From NCBI GenBank assembly GCA_951406725.2, contig OX597823.1, positions 44,330,001 to 44,394,000 on the forward strand: a DNA stretch of 64,000 bases. Direction: 5' to 3'. Under the pieces are notes generated by a model, which was given only the letters and a program-made list of their open reading frames with translations, ran no database searches and was not told the DNA's origin. Below are positions 1 to 12,800 of this stretch, one piece after another. Positions within the stretch are counted from its first letter, which is position 1; the number at the start of each line of letters is the position of its first letter. A program made the position numbers and the translations under genes. This stretch comes from Octopus vulgaris (taxonomy: Eukaryota).

Positions 1-976
1 GGTCAAGGTCACACATGAACAGTACTGGTGTCATCATCATCATCACTATTTAACCCTCTCGGGACACCCAGGCGAATTGGTTGGTCCAAGTGATACAAGC
101 TGAAAGGACTTTGAGGCTGATCCGTTAACCCAATGGAATAAATGGTGTGAATGGTTGGTTTTGAAGTGTAATAGCTAATCAGAGATTGTCTTTCAGTAGA
201 TGTATTTCAATAGAAAAAATTTTTCGTCTTTTTAGCTACACATAGCAAAGCATCACGTGCCTCAAAAGTGTTAAATATCTACTTTTCCATGCTTGCATGG
301 GTCAGAAAGGCCTTGTTGAGGAAGATTTTCTACAGCCAGGAAGCCCTTCCTGTCACCAGCAATGTTCTGTTTCCAAACAAAGTATTATTTGGTAGACAGA
401 AACTGAAAGAAGTCTATCATTTGTATCTATATGCGAGAGTGTGCGTATGTGAGCTTGTGTATTTTTTTTTATACATTTGTGCTCTAGAAACATCAAAAGC
501 TACAATCTATGTTATTGTTATCACTTCTGTCTACTCACTTTGCATCTTTGAAGACAAACCCTTATTTAAAAAGCAGAGAAAGGTTAGCAACACGAAGGGC
601 ATCTGGTTGTAATACAACTCATCAATAATACATTCATCTAACACATGAATAAACCAATGAAATATTTATGGTCACTGATGAACATAAATGAAATGAACTT
701 TCATTTACCTGCTTTGTTCTATTATATATAGTTCACAGGACTATTACCAATGAATGTTGTGAATATGTTGAGTTACTGATAACAAAATTTTAAGTCAGAA
801 AAATTAGGTAGAAGCCATTGTAACAAAAACAAAAAAAGTGGTTATGATCAGTGTAAGACTTAACTGCCAGACAAAATTCACAATTCAAAAACCATAAAAT
901 AGCAGCCGTTATAAAGTGTTCCTACCAGCTGCAGACCTTAAAATAATGAAGCAAAGAACAACAAAGCAAAAATTAC

Positions 977-1054
977 CTCTGTATCTGTTGGACCTCCCCA
1001 AGCTTCAGGATGGAACTGGGCCGTAAATATAGGACGTGATGTGTGCATAATACC
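977..1054 (-). CDS. CPS1: CPS1/CPS III coding exon 10 (78 nt), contains the catalytic His-Pro-Glu
   Basis: CAG acceptor and GTAATT donor; GIMHTSRPIFTAQFHPEAWGGPTDTE. The gene continues beyond position 1. Confidence 0.97.
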
Positions 1055-2119
1055 CTGAAAGAATAATAATTATAATAATGATGATGGTGATGATGATGAT
1101 GATAATAATGGAGTGAAAGAGTATGAGGAGGATAAAGAGTAAAGGCAAAAGGAAGAGAAAGGAAAATAATTTCTAACATTTGCACAAGATCAAAAATTAG
1201 AAATGTTTTAATTATTTGCTATATGTAATTGGTGTTTGTTACATCATTTCTAGAAGGAAGCAACACGAACTGAAACCCTGAAAGACGGATATATGCTTAT
1301 GTGTACACATTATTATCATTATCATAATTTATGTCTTTCCGTTTTTTTGCTGGCATGAGTTAGAGTTATCACAGTCCAAGTCAGTTCTTATTTATAGTTA
1401 CTGCTCTCCTTGATGGGTCTGAGATCAACAACATACTTGTTCATTCCATTTTTTGCATAGTTTCTATGGCTGGATGTCCTTCCTATCACTGACCCTTGGC
1501 AGATTTTATCTTGAAAATCACCTGTGTAAATTACACAGGATAAAATTTGTTAAAAAAAGCTTCTATTCATGTAAAATCTGCACCCAAAAGTTTTCAGAAT
1601 TGCTGATATAGCCAGGGGAAAAAGGTTTTCAATTTAGTTGTATTTAGCATTATTTCACTTACTTATTGGATTTTATTAAATTTTCATTAAATAAGAATAA
1701 TTTCTGTCTAACAGGTATCACATTGAAAGCTATTAAATTACAATTGTGTTGTTTATAATAAACTTCATTTTACCTTTCCTGCCCACAAGAGATTATGTCC
1801 TATCTTTAGCATACTGTTGTATGTTTTTTCAAATCACGATCACAGGAAAAGTTGTTGATAAGAATTACCAACAAAAACAGAGCTGATAAATACATACAGG
1901 TGTTGCAAATTAAGTTTCATTACCAATAAACATCAGCTTGGATGACACTTTACTCAACTGACAGAGAAAGGTGACTGATCAAACTGATTGTGTAAACAAA
2001 ATTCTTTTCTGCCTATTCTCGTTGGAACCTTTGATAAGGAGTATTGAAATTTTAATCCCTTCCACACTTATAAAATGTCAAACAAATTTTAAAATTTGTC
2101 ATTACCATTATTGTCAGTA

Positions 2120-2250
2120 TGGGCAGAACTTATGAATCGTTTACTGTGAAGGAGAAATTAAATATGTTGAATATGCATTTGAGCATAGCAATAGAGCTGC
2201 CGGAAGGCATTTTAATGTCAATGAAGCCAATGTTCAAAATTGGCATAAAT
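2120..2250 (+). mobile_element. Pogo-type transposase N-terminal remnant (Brinker-like DNA-binding domain)
   Basis: Frameshifted translation MGRTYESFTVKEKL / YVEYAFEHSNRAAGRHFNVNEANVQNW resembles the HGNRAAGR-F-V-E--VR-W helix-turn-helix. Confidence 0.55.
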
Positions 2251-2397
2251 AGTACCTAGTAATAAACAGACAAAAATAAAAACAAACACTTTCATTATGC
2301 AAATTAGAGACTCCTTTATAGAGTAACTGCTGCATTTTTTGAGTATATAAACAGCTTAGCTGCTTGTTTCTTTGGAGACTGTCAGAATGATGTAGAC

Positions 2398-2440
2398 ACC
2401 TCTAATGAGAACCCAATAAGGTTCGAAAATTGATTAAGGT
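2398..2440 (+). ncRNA. Type-I hammerhead ribozyme motif, core decayed (CTAATGA)
   Basis: ACCT-CTAATGA-GAACC caataa GGTTC-GAA-AATTGATT-A-AGGT; stems I and II pair perfectly. Confidence 0.7.
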
Positions 2441-2701
2441 TGTTCATTTTTTTTCAGTCTGCAGAGAAATGGCTAAAAATTTGCCCTGTTTATAATTATA
2501 CCATATATTACATGTATAGTATATCATACCTTGATACTGTATGGACTAAGATCCCCTTTGACATGCCACTGGAATTTATGGAGTGTTAAACACTTTCGGT
2601 ATGCAAATTAGGGACTCCTACATAGAGTAACTGCTGCATTTGTAGAGCATATAAACAGTTTGGCTGCTTGTTTCTCTGGAGACTGTCAGAATGACGTAGA
2701 T

Positions 2702-2744
2702 GCTTCTGATGAGAATGCAATAAGGTTCGAAAATTGATTAAGGT
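2702..2744 (+). ncRNA. Type-I hammerhead ribozyme motif, canonical core
   Basis: GCTT-CTGATGA-GAAT gcaataag GTTC-GAA-AATTGATT-A-AGGT; stems contain G.U wobbles. Confidence 0.7.
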
Positions 2745-3289
2745 TGTTCAATGTTTTTAGTCTGTGGAGAAATGGATAAGAATTTGCCCTGTTTATAATT
2801 AAACCATATGTTACATACGATCAAGATTAACCATGTCATTACATTTTTTACAGTCAGGAATATCTGTATCACCATGTATATCAATGGTGTTCCACTGTGA
2901 TAGGTAGAAATTCCAAGCAATGTAAAATATGGCCTGGACCGTGTTTACCAGCATGGACGTCAGACTTCAAAAAGGAGTTAAACATTTAATGGTTTTAGTA
3001 AATTTATACAGAAAAAGTAAGCATTATACCATCCAGCATAAATAAAAGTCAGTTTCATTATATCTAAGCCATTATTTTTTTCTGTAAAAACCTATTCTGA
3101 CATTAAATGAGTCAATTTCCAGTATGAATGTTTACATTTTGTACATTTTTTTCTACAAGAAAAATTCTGGAAATGATCTACTCATGTAATTTACACATGC
3201 CCTAAAGTTTATTTTTATTTTTGCAAAAAATGTGCATAAATTACATAGGCTTTTATGGTAAGTTATCTTGCAACCCTATGAGACTAAGA

Positions 3290-3545
3290 CAATGTTTCTC
3301 AACTAGATTTCATATGGCCCTTCGAAGTCCATATAAGATTTTTTTGTTAAAATCTATGTGCAATAAATTATTTATACTTCTACAATACATAAAAATATTT
3401 TAACAATTTTTTAATACAATTTCTTATTAATATTTAATTATCAAAGTATAATATGATGTTTTAAACATTGAATGGCTATATTGGTCCATCCGAAGAAAAT
3501 AGAAATCAAAAGGGATCACAGGCAAAAATTGATTGAGAACTACTG
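3290..3545. mobile_element. hAT (Charlie-like) MITE
   Basis: TIRs CAATGTTTCTCAA and TTGAGAACTACTG; 8-bp TSD GACTAAGA / GACTAAGG. Confidence 0.75.
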
Positions 3546-4139
3546 GACTAAGGGGCCCTTTTTACTATAGGTAGTTTCTGACATACAGGATTGAAAGTGT
3601 GAAAAGAAGAACAAAGAGAAGGAAGGAGGTGGGAGAGATGAGAAAAAGGAGAGAGTAATAACTACATGCTAGTGATTGGTAAGGAAGTGGAACAGAAGAA
3701 CAACATGGGCAGCTTGACAGAATAGCAACAGATATGGTAATGGAAAGAGTGGTAAATATCAACAAAAAATCACAAGGGAGGGGAGGATCATGGTTCGTGG
3801 TGGTAGGTGACACAAATGGTTACAGGATATAGGGCAGCCTTAGTAACACTCCTTGGTTATGCAAGCAGTGTGGTATACTGAAAGGATATAGAATGAGATG
3901 GAAATGAATAGAGAAAATAAAAAAGTAGATGGAGACTTAATAAAGTGAAGGCAAGGAACTCAATGAGTGTGTGTGTGTGTGTCATCATCATCATCATCAT
4001 TTAGCGTCCGTTTTCCATGCTAGCATGGGTTACACACATATATGTATGTATGAATACATACATACATGTACATAAATGTATGTGTACATACATATATATT
4101 TACATGCACACACACATGTATATACATACACATGTGTAT

Positions 4140-5047
4140 TCCCGCCAAGAAGAAGGTCTTTGGTTGGTCGTGCAACCATTTATGCCCTGCTTCCTTCACA
4201 TCTTCATCCATAGGAAACTGATGACCTCATAGACCATCTATGAGCAGGCCAAGGATACGACAGTTAAAAGGGGCGAGATCTAGGCTGTAGACAGAGTGTT
4301 CCAGCATCTCAAATCCCAATTGATCGATGGCTTCAACAGTCTGGGTGGCCATGTGTGGGAATGCATTTTCATGCAACAACAAAACTTTCTTTGACAATAG
4401 GCTTCAGGGTTTGATGCGAATTGCTGACCAGCAAAGCACTGTATCTTGCACTGTTGATCATACACCCCTTTACCAGGTAGTCTTCCAGTATAGGCCCTTT
4501 TGAGTCCCAAAAAAGGGTTAGTAATTTCTTTTCCACGGAAGACTGAGTCTTGGATTTCTTTGTCGCTGGTGAGCCAGAATGTTTCCACTCCATGCTCTGT
4601 CTTTTGGATTTTGCCTCATAAAGATGAACCCCTGTTTTATCTCCTGTGACTATTCTGCTAAAAAATTCCTTGCAATCAAGTAAGTGTTGGCAGACCTCAA
4701 GATGTTTGTGCTTGTGCTCTGCAGTAAGTTCTCTTGGCACCCATCTTGCACAGACTTTATGGAAGCTGAGCTCATCATGGATGATTTGATAGGTAGAACT
4801 ATGATAGGTAGAACTAATTTGATAGGTAGAACTAATCGGATCACTGCTCTTTGTTCTTCTTTGGTGCACATTGCTTGTGAAGTGGCCATGCTTATATTAT
4901 AAAGTCAGAAAGAAAAATGGTGCAATCAGGCTTAAAATTCGATCACATGATCACAATTTTACCACCTATAAGCATGCATGTGCAGAAGGCAGTGTGACAA
5001 TAATAAAGATATGTTATGACAAAAGTGCGGATAATTTTTGACTTCCC

Positions 5048-5051
<4 letters not shown>
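4140..5051 (-). mobile_element. Decayed mariner element
   Basis: ORF 4369..4869 has KVCARWVPREL, IVTGD and FWDSKG mariner motifs; the C-terminal DEDVKEA..WL..QPKTFF..GI is in 4020..4211; TIR-like TATGAGGGGAAGTCAAAAATTATCCGCAC abuts a (TA)n run. Frameshifted and internally deleted. Confidence 0.9.
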
Positions 5052-5098
<47 letters not shown>

Positions 5099-5722
5099 CA
5101 GCTAAATACTGTATAACATTATTTTTCTACTTTATATGTGAAACAGTTTCATAAATGTCTACAATATTTCGCAGATATTTTCAGTGATAAATGTCAAAAT
5201 TAAGATTGATTTCAAAGAACAGCTTGGACAGATTTTGTAGTGTCATAACATCACTATGATATGAGTTGTATATTTCACACTTGACATGGGATTAAGTGGA
5301 CCAAAATGTATTTATGAATCATTAATATCAGTAAGAGAGTCGTATTAGGGTAAGTCATAGAAAGTAGACCAATGATGGAAAAAGTCAACCCATCAACCCC
5401 TATTATAAGCAATAGTTTGTCTTCATGCAAAAACACTCAACTTTTAACATAACTAGCAAGTTTTTCATTATCTTGTAATGTGTGGTTCAAATCTTCACAT
5501 GAGTTTTAATTTGAAAAAAACTTGTTCCAATATGCTACCTTTTCTAAACACATTACATAGCAAAAAGGATTAAAGTCATGTCTCACAAACACACAGGATT
5601 ATAGGATACAGGCTTAACTATTAGAGTCACTTGTCTACTTTTTTGTGTGTCTCTATCCTCATGAAAATTCTTTTTGTAGTTCATTAGTTGTTTGGATTGG
5701 ATTTTTCATTTATTAAACTAAC

Positions 5723-5864
5723 CTCGTTACTTTTGTCATTGGCATTGACAAACAAAACTTTCCAGTCTTCTGGCAGAGAATTACTATCAATGGCAAAGCC
5801 ATGGTTCTGTGATGTGATAAATGCCTGGTTAGTTAGAACATTCACAACAGGTTGGTTATGGCCA
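5723..5864 (-). CDS. CPS1: CPS1/CPS III coding exon 9 (142 nt)
   Basis: CAG acceptor and GTTAGT donor; (R)GHNQPVVNVLTNQAFITSQNHGFAIDSNSLPEDWKVLFVNANDKSNE, with the TSQNHGFA motif. Confidence 0.97.
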
Positions 5865-7511
5865 CTGAGAGATACAAAACAAAAAAAGAAAATAAAAAAA
5901 ATGAAACAACAAAATCATAAAAAGGTACAGTGCATGAATGACTGAAAGAAAAAGAGAGAAAGTGCAAGTGAGAGTGAGGTTTAGATGAAGGACCCAGCTC
6001 CAAATATTGGTTTGAAACTTTTTGGCAGAAGGCAAGCAATTTCAGGGAGTGGGTAAGTTGATTACATCGACCCCAGTGCTCAACTGGTAACTTATTTTAT
6101 TGATCCCTCAGGATGAAAGGCTAAGTCAACCCCAGTGGAATTTGAACTCAGAACGTAAAGATGGATGAAATGCTGTCAAGTGTTTAGCTGGGCATGCTAA
6201 TGATTCTACCAGCTTGCCATCCAGAATCAAATATTAATCTCTACTTGTAGTAGCACATCAACATATATTTGTTTATTTATCAATTTCAGTGATTATTGAT
6301 TATGGAATCAAAATAGAAATTATTTGAAACAGAAACCAATTTGAAACCAATTTCAGTAATTATTGATTATGGAATCAAAATAGAAATTATTTGAAATGCC
6401 ACTCAGCTAAAATTTCATGCACAAGTATCTTACAACCTATCTCCTTGTTGCTAGCAGGGGCGATTATTTTGATTACTATACTTTTAGAATATCTGTCTCC
6501 ACAACTGAACAAGTCACCTAGGTAACAAAAGCTACCAACTATTTTTATGGCAGCTGTTTCTGCTAATTGATCCTGCTCTCATTGACAATGAGAAGAAAAA
6601 GGTTTGTAGATTTTGCTTCAAGAGGTTGTGGAATAAATAGAATATTTGAAGGAGAGAAAGTCTACCCAAATGAGACCTATCAGAGGAACCAGGTCTTAAA
6701 GTTGACAGCTGCAGGGTTGAAAGGACAGTTAAGGATATGAAGTAAAGAGAACAACTGGACCATCAGGAATAGTTGCTGCAATGCTGAAAATTCCTTGCAA
6801 AATATTATATACAATAGAATATATCATAAAATGTCAATTGCATGGTCAGTCATATACAACAGAGAAATATCATACCCAATGACTGACAAAGCAGCATCCT
6901 CATCAACAATAATAATAAAAACCATAACAATAATAATACTGCTTGTAAGTTTTGGCACAAGGCTAGAAATTTTAGTGGTGGGGTAGATAAATTAGGCCAA
7001 CACACGGTGCTCAACTGGTACTTATTTTATCAACACTGAAAGGATGAAAGAGCAAAGTCAACTTCAGCAGAATTTGAACGCAGAGCATAAAGACATGAAA
7101 TGCCGCTAAGCATTTTGCTCAGCATGCTAACAATTTTGCCAGCTCACCATATTAATAACAAAAAATAATATTAATAATGGTTTCTAATTTAAGTAAGAAG
7201 ACCAGTAATGGGGGTTAAGTTGACTAAATCAACTTAGTATTTGATTGGTACTTAATTTTATTGACCCCTGAGGAATGAAAGGCAAAGTTGAGCACAGTGG
7301 GATTTTAAGTCAGAATGTAAAAAGTTGTAACAAATACCATAAAGTATTCTATTCAACGCTCTAACAACTCTCCCAAATCATAATAAATGTTTAAAATGCA
7401 ACAAAAATAACACAAAATAATCAAAACATACAAATGGATGTTTGGTGTTGAAAAGAAAACAAATTTAATTCATAAGTTAAAGGGTGAAGTATGAAAACAT
7501 TCACATCTTAC

Positions 7512-7618
7512 CGATTTCCAAGTGCCAACTTATAAGTCTGAGCACCAGCCGCTAAAGCAGTCAGTTGGTTTCCCATACAGATTCCAAAGAGTGGCTCTGG
7601 TCTATTTTGCTTCAGGAA
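7512..7618 (-). CDS. CPS1: CPS1/CPS III coding exon 8 (107 nt), contains the catalytic Cys
   Basis: CAG acceptor and GTAAGA donor; [36 protein letters not shown]. Confidence 0.97.
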
Positions 7619-7883
7619 CTGCAAAATTATAAGAAACAGATTAACATTTTAGAGAATAAAAGTTAAACATTGTAACAGTCCCAACACATGACATGACTCC
7701 AATTACACACAAATCTCTCTCTCTATATATATATATATTTTTAAATATATGTATATAAATAAAAAGAGAGAGAGAGAGTCTCAAAGACTTTCCCATTTTC
7801 CCCAAGTGTCAAACTAATACAACTTGCTTATTGTTCCCTCATTTGTCTCTGCCTTTTATTTTTTTGTACATTTGAACCATATA

Positions 7884-8190
7884 TTGGGTTGGCAACTAAG
7901 TTCCTGCCGTTTTTTTAAATTTTGGAATTTATTGCATTTTTAAATTTTGGAATCTATTTTTTCTGAGAATTCTATTTTTGAATCATTTTGGAATCTAAAT
8001 TGTTCCTTTTCTAGTTAATTTTAGTTAATTTTTGTTTATTTTCAGGTCATTAAAATGGAATGTCAAGTTAAGAAAAATGAGCATTTTCAACACCTCCTTC
8101 TTTTTGCTTTTAATCAAGGTTCTAAAGCCGCAAAAGCGACTCGCGACATTTGTGCTATGTATGGTGAGGGTGCCATAGCTGAAAGAACCT
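7884..8190 (+). mobile_element. 5' end of a mariner element (mellifera-like)
   Basis: TA followed by TIR TTGGGTTGGCAACTAAG; ATG at 8055 gives MECQVKKNEHFQHLLLFAFNQGSKAAKATRDICAMYGEGAIAERT then stop. Confidence 0.8.
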
Positions 8191-9089
8191 GAATTTATCC
8201 ATCAAGTTCAACAGGTCACTGATTACAATTCCAGAGAGTCCATGAGGTCAGTTGCAAAAGATCTCCATGTGTCAGAAGGAACAGTCAGAAATGTTGTCAA
8301 TGAAGACATCATTTATAAGTCTTATATGATGATGAAAGGTCAATTTTTCAGAAAAAGCAACACAAACTCACTACATTAGATCTAAAAGGTTTTACTCAAA
8401 TGAGAAAAATTTTGGCCAAGATCAAAAAGTTAACAGAAGAAATGACAAATGGTTAAGTGCAAACCCTTCTGAAGTTCCAAGTGTTATACATACAAAATTT
8501 CCTGCAACTGTCATGGTTTTAGGGGTTGTCAGTAATGAAGGGCATGTGATGCCTCCTTACCTCTTTCCACAAGGCCTTAGAGTTAACTCTGCCGCCTACA
8601 TTGAGGTCCTGGAAACAACTGTTAAACCTTGGATAGACAATGTATGCAATGGAAGGCGATATGTGTTTCAGTAAGACTCTGCACTATCATACATGGCTCT
8701 AGTAACACAGGAATGGATGGCTGAAAATTTTCATGATCACATAAACCATAACATTTGGCCTCCTAATCCCCCAGATCTCAATCCATTGTACATGTGGAGC
8801 ATTGCTGAGAGAAGGTCAGTGAACATGCCCATAACACCAAATATTCTTTGAAAGCTGCCATAGTCAGAATAATGTCCAAACTGAACCAGGACCACTTGAT
8901 TCGAGCATGTAAATGATTTAGATTCCATATGGAAACAGTTGTTGGAGCTGAAGGTGGCTTTATTGAATAACATTACAGAAAAGAAGGTTCATTTTTATTC
9001 TCATAGAATTTTTTGATAAATAATGTTATCTGTTGTTTTATATGTTTTTTATAAACATAAATCTGTCCTTAGATGCCTTATGCACCCTG
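8185..9089 (+). mobile_element. Decayed DD37D/maT-like Tc1-mariner element, 3' two-thirds
   Basis: PEFIHQVQQ..SMRSVAKDLHVSEGTVRNVVNEDI, KFPATVMVLGVVSNEGHVMPP, YVFQ*DSA, IWPPNPPDLNPL, GAEGGFIE*; right TIR ends ..TATGCACCCTG. Confidence 0.8.
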
Positions 9090-9098
9090 AATATTTTC

Positions 9099-9136
<38 letters not shown>

Positions 9137-9305
9137 TGAGAGAGAGAGAGAGAGAGGGGTTTTTTGTTAACCAACTCTGCACACAAAGTAGACCTGATTA
9201 AGAAAAGATTAATATCAATTCAAATATTGCAAATAAGTTGTCATTTCTACCTGTAATTTTCAAGTTTTATTTGGAACTGAAATAAAACAATAAATGCATC
9301 CTAAC

Positions 9306-9434
9306 CTCTTTCAGATATTTGATTGTCTCTGTGCTCATTGTTGGGTCTCCAGGGCCATTAGAAATAAATAAACCATCAAAAGTATCTTGAGAAAAATCAT
9401 AATCCCAAGGGACCAACTTTACTTCTGCTCCTCG
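9306..9434 (-). CDS. CPS1: CPS1/CPS III coding exon 7 (129 nt)
   Basis: CAG acceptor and GTTAGG donor; [43 protein letters not shown], with the SNGPGDP oxyanion motif. Confidence 0.97.
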
Positions 9435-10610
9435 CTGAAATTAGATAAAGAGTGTTTTGTTGATTATCTGACACTGTTGTTAGATGCAAAAATACAACAT
9501 TAGCAGCATTTAAAGTTATTTTTTATTATTTTTTTTTTTGTAATGATTTGAGCGACAAATACCATCCAGAAGATGAATTCAAATGATTTTTCTATCTCCA
9601 GAAATTATATGATCAATAATATTCATCAATAATGATGATGACATGTCTCTCATTTACTTGTTTCAGTCGTTAGACTGTGGCTATGCTGAGGCACTGACTT
9701 GAAAAAAATTTTTTTAGTCAAATGAATTTTTAAGCCTGGTACTTATTCTATTATTCGCTTTTGCTGAACTGCAAAGTTACAGGGACATAAACACTCTAAC
9801 ACCAGTTGTTGAGTGGTAATGTGTGTGTGTGTGGATGGGTGGGGAGCAAGCACAGACATACACGCAAACACATATATAATGGGCTTCTTTCAGTTTCCAT
9901 CTACCAAATCCGCTCACAAGGATTTAGTCGGCTTGAGGCTATAGTTAGAAGACACTTGCCCAAGGTATCATGCAGAGGGACCAAACCTGGAACTATGTGG
10001 TTGGGAAGCAAGATTCTAAACACACAGAAATATCTGTGCCTTAAAAAGTGAGATGCTTACAGCACCTAAGTTTCTCAAGTACTATCTAGGCTTGATGTTA
10101 CTTTACTTCAGAAATTGGACAAGAACCAGTGCATTCAACATATAGCCACAAGCACTTGTTAAAAAATCCCTAAAATTTTGAGTGCAAGAACCATAACTAA
10201 CTGAACATAAAGCAGAATTGTCATATCTACATTATTTCATTCAGCCCAAAACACAAACAAATTCATTTCAGTCAAAGATTATTTCCGTTATATTGAAGGG
10301 CTGCTTGATTAGTATTCAATATGATTATCCAACGACCAAAATGGTTTCCAAGTACCAATACTTCCAGAAGCAAATCAGTGGGATTTCAGTTCACTAAACC
10401 ATAGATGAGTAGCTACAACTTATTGTGGTTAAGAAGCAGGATCACTGGTTAAGTTGAAATATTGACTTCATGTCTTCTTCTAAGCTGGGATTATTCTAGA
10501 TAGAGACACTTTTTAACCATTTCTAAACACTGCATGATAAATAGTGCTCCTTGTGAGTAAAAAAATAATGAATACATACAGAGAAGATAAAAACTTTGAA
10601 ATATACTTAC

Positions 10611-10700
10611 TTTGATCAAACTTCTAATCATGTTGTGCTTAATGCCACAATCAACAGCCAGAATCTTATAAGGATTCCCTTTTCCATAGTATTTTACTAC
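10611..10700 (-). CDS. CPS1: CPS1/CPS III coding exon 6 (90 nt)
   Basis: TAG acceptor and GTAAGT donor; [30 protein letters not shown], the start of the class-I glutamine amidotransferase domain (DCGIK motif). Confidence 0.96.
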
Positions 10701-12707
10701 CTAGAGAAAATAACAACAAAAAAATATCCTAATCATCATCATCATCACTATCACTACCATAAACAACAAGTGAAAGACATTATAAGAATGGGGTTTGATG
10801 ACAATGGAAGTTTTACATTGAATGAAATATATGTATATGCATGCATGTGCGTGCGCACACACACACATTGAAAATTAACATGAAACATAAAAAAGTATAA
10901 AATTGTCCCTTACATGGTTTCATTTGAGTGCAATTTGGTTTGTGTCACTTTTTTCTATGTGCTGTATTTCTATAGAATCAACACCTCTCGACACCTCATT
11001 GTTTCCATTTCAGGTTTACAATTTTCTTTTATTTTACCTTCAACTCCTTCTTCAATAGTAAGGTACACCATGCTTAAGCTAGCACTTATGTTAGAATATT
11101 GTCGTTTTTTAAAACATTTTTTCAAATGTCAATAAAGTAAATTTTAGAAATGATAATTTATTTATTAAATCAACTTCAAAATGGAAAGTGTTCAATAGAA
11201 ACTATAGATCAGTTTTATAGAATGAAGCAAAAGTCAAAGCCAGAATATTCATAGGATCTTTGGTAACTTCAAAACAGCCAGCATACATATGTAATAACAT
11301 GGGAAAATTGAAAAACTGCTCTGTATTTTGGGTAGAAGATAAAACCCAATATTACAATAGTATACAAATACACGTGTATGTATAAATTTTTAAGTTATGG
11401 GTGGCCAGTCACACTCCGAAATGGGCCAAAAAAGAAGCTATCTCTGACAGGTCGGGCAGCAATAACAAATGTCTACATCTCTTACCACTTGACAGTTGTG
11501 CCTAGCCCCAGTTCACATCTGAACAAATTGGATTGTCTGCTCTTCTGCTTTTCATGGAAGTGATGGGTTCACCCTGATCAGGCATTGCATTTGCTGTCAG
11601 CACTTGCTATACTGAGGACTGGTATACCATAGCTGATGATGAACAGACATGAGCTGGGGCTGTGAAGATTTTCCTAACTGACGCATTTCTTTAGACAGAG
11701 AGAGCAAGCAGTCTTTATCTGACTGATGCAGTGGCTTTGGTAAAAAATGTTGTGTAGTGGAAGTGATTGAAAGGACTGAAGATGCACACCATCTTATTTG
11801 GCCAAGCCCACATTAACTTTTTAAAAGGAAAGTGAGGGTGGAAGAGGAAAGTACTGCCTCCTAGCAAATTTGCAGAAAAAAAACAAGGGTGTTGAGCAAG
11901 GCACAAGTGAAAGGGCCTGCTCTGATCGTGTACAGGTAGTTTGGAGAAGGATACTTGAGAGAGGGTACTTGTGTTACTGGTCAGGGTAACCATAGTTTTG
12001 TGAGTTTTCCACAAACAACCTTCGTTGGTTTCTCCATCTATTTCCTTTGTTTGTATTTTCCCCTGTTTTACACTTTTAATGTTATTTCACATTGTACTGT
12101 CTTGTATTGTCCTCAATTCTTTTGTCAACACTTGTAATTATTATTTTTATATGCTCTGAGATCAACTTTGCCTTTCATCCTTTTGGGATTGATAAAATAT
12201 TGTACCCTCAAAATTGCTGACCTTGTGTCAAAATTTAAAACCTTTATTGTTATTGTTATTATTATTTACCTTTCGTCCTTTTGGAGTTGAGAAAATAAGT
12301 AACAAGTGAGCACTGGAGTTGATGTAATTGACTTCCCCACCCCTGAAATTTCTTGCCTTGTGTCAAAATTAGAAACATTATTATAATAATTATTATTATA
12401 ATTATTATTTTATCTAACTAGAAATTGTTTCTTTAGGGTGATATGTTCAGTCAATGAAATCCAATTATCTTACTACTGCTTGTTTCAACAAACCCATAAT
12501 GTAAAGATTAAAAGATTTTAGTCCGAAGCAATGACATACTAAATATTTAATATTGTGAAATATACCATTTTAATTACTTCTAATTTGGCTATACTGATAA
12601 CAATGATAATTTCACTATCCAAATATTAAAAAAAAAAAACAAAAAAAAACAGCAATAACAATTTTCAACTCCACCCTGTCAAAAAATGAAAAACAATAGA
12701 AACTTAC

Positions 12708-12800
12708 ATTTGTTGAGATTTCTGCCATCAGGTTTCGAGTATTTGGGTTAATAAATTCCACAGGCTGATCTTCAAATTCAATCTTTCCTAAGACTGTACC
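12708..12800 (-). CDS. CPS1: CPS1/CPS III coding exon 5 (93 nt)
   Basis: TAG acceptor and GTAAGT donor; [31 protein letters not shown]. Confidence 0.95.

Larger units (their letters stand above)
2285..2818 (+). repeat. Diverged tandem duplication (period ~304 nt), each unit carrying a hammerhead motif
   Basis: 2285-2517 aligns by eye to 2588-2818 with scattered substitutions. Confidence 0.9.

Noticed and set aside
670-705. CTGATGA..GAAA in the CPS intron
   Set aside because: Stem II and stem I do not pair; a chance match in AT-rich DNA.
700-810. Minus-strand CAG|GTAAAT donor near 708 as the next CPS exon
   Set aside because: The phase-0 frame hits a TGA within nine codons and shows no CPS similarity.
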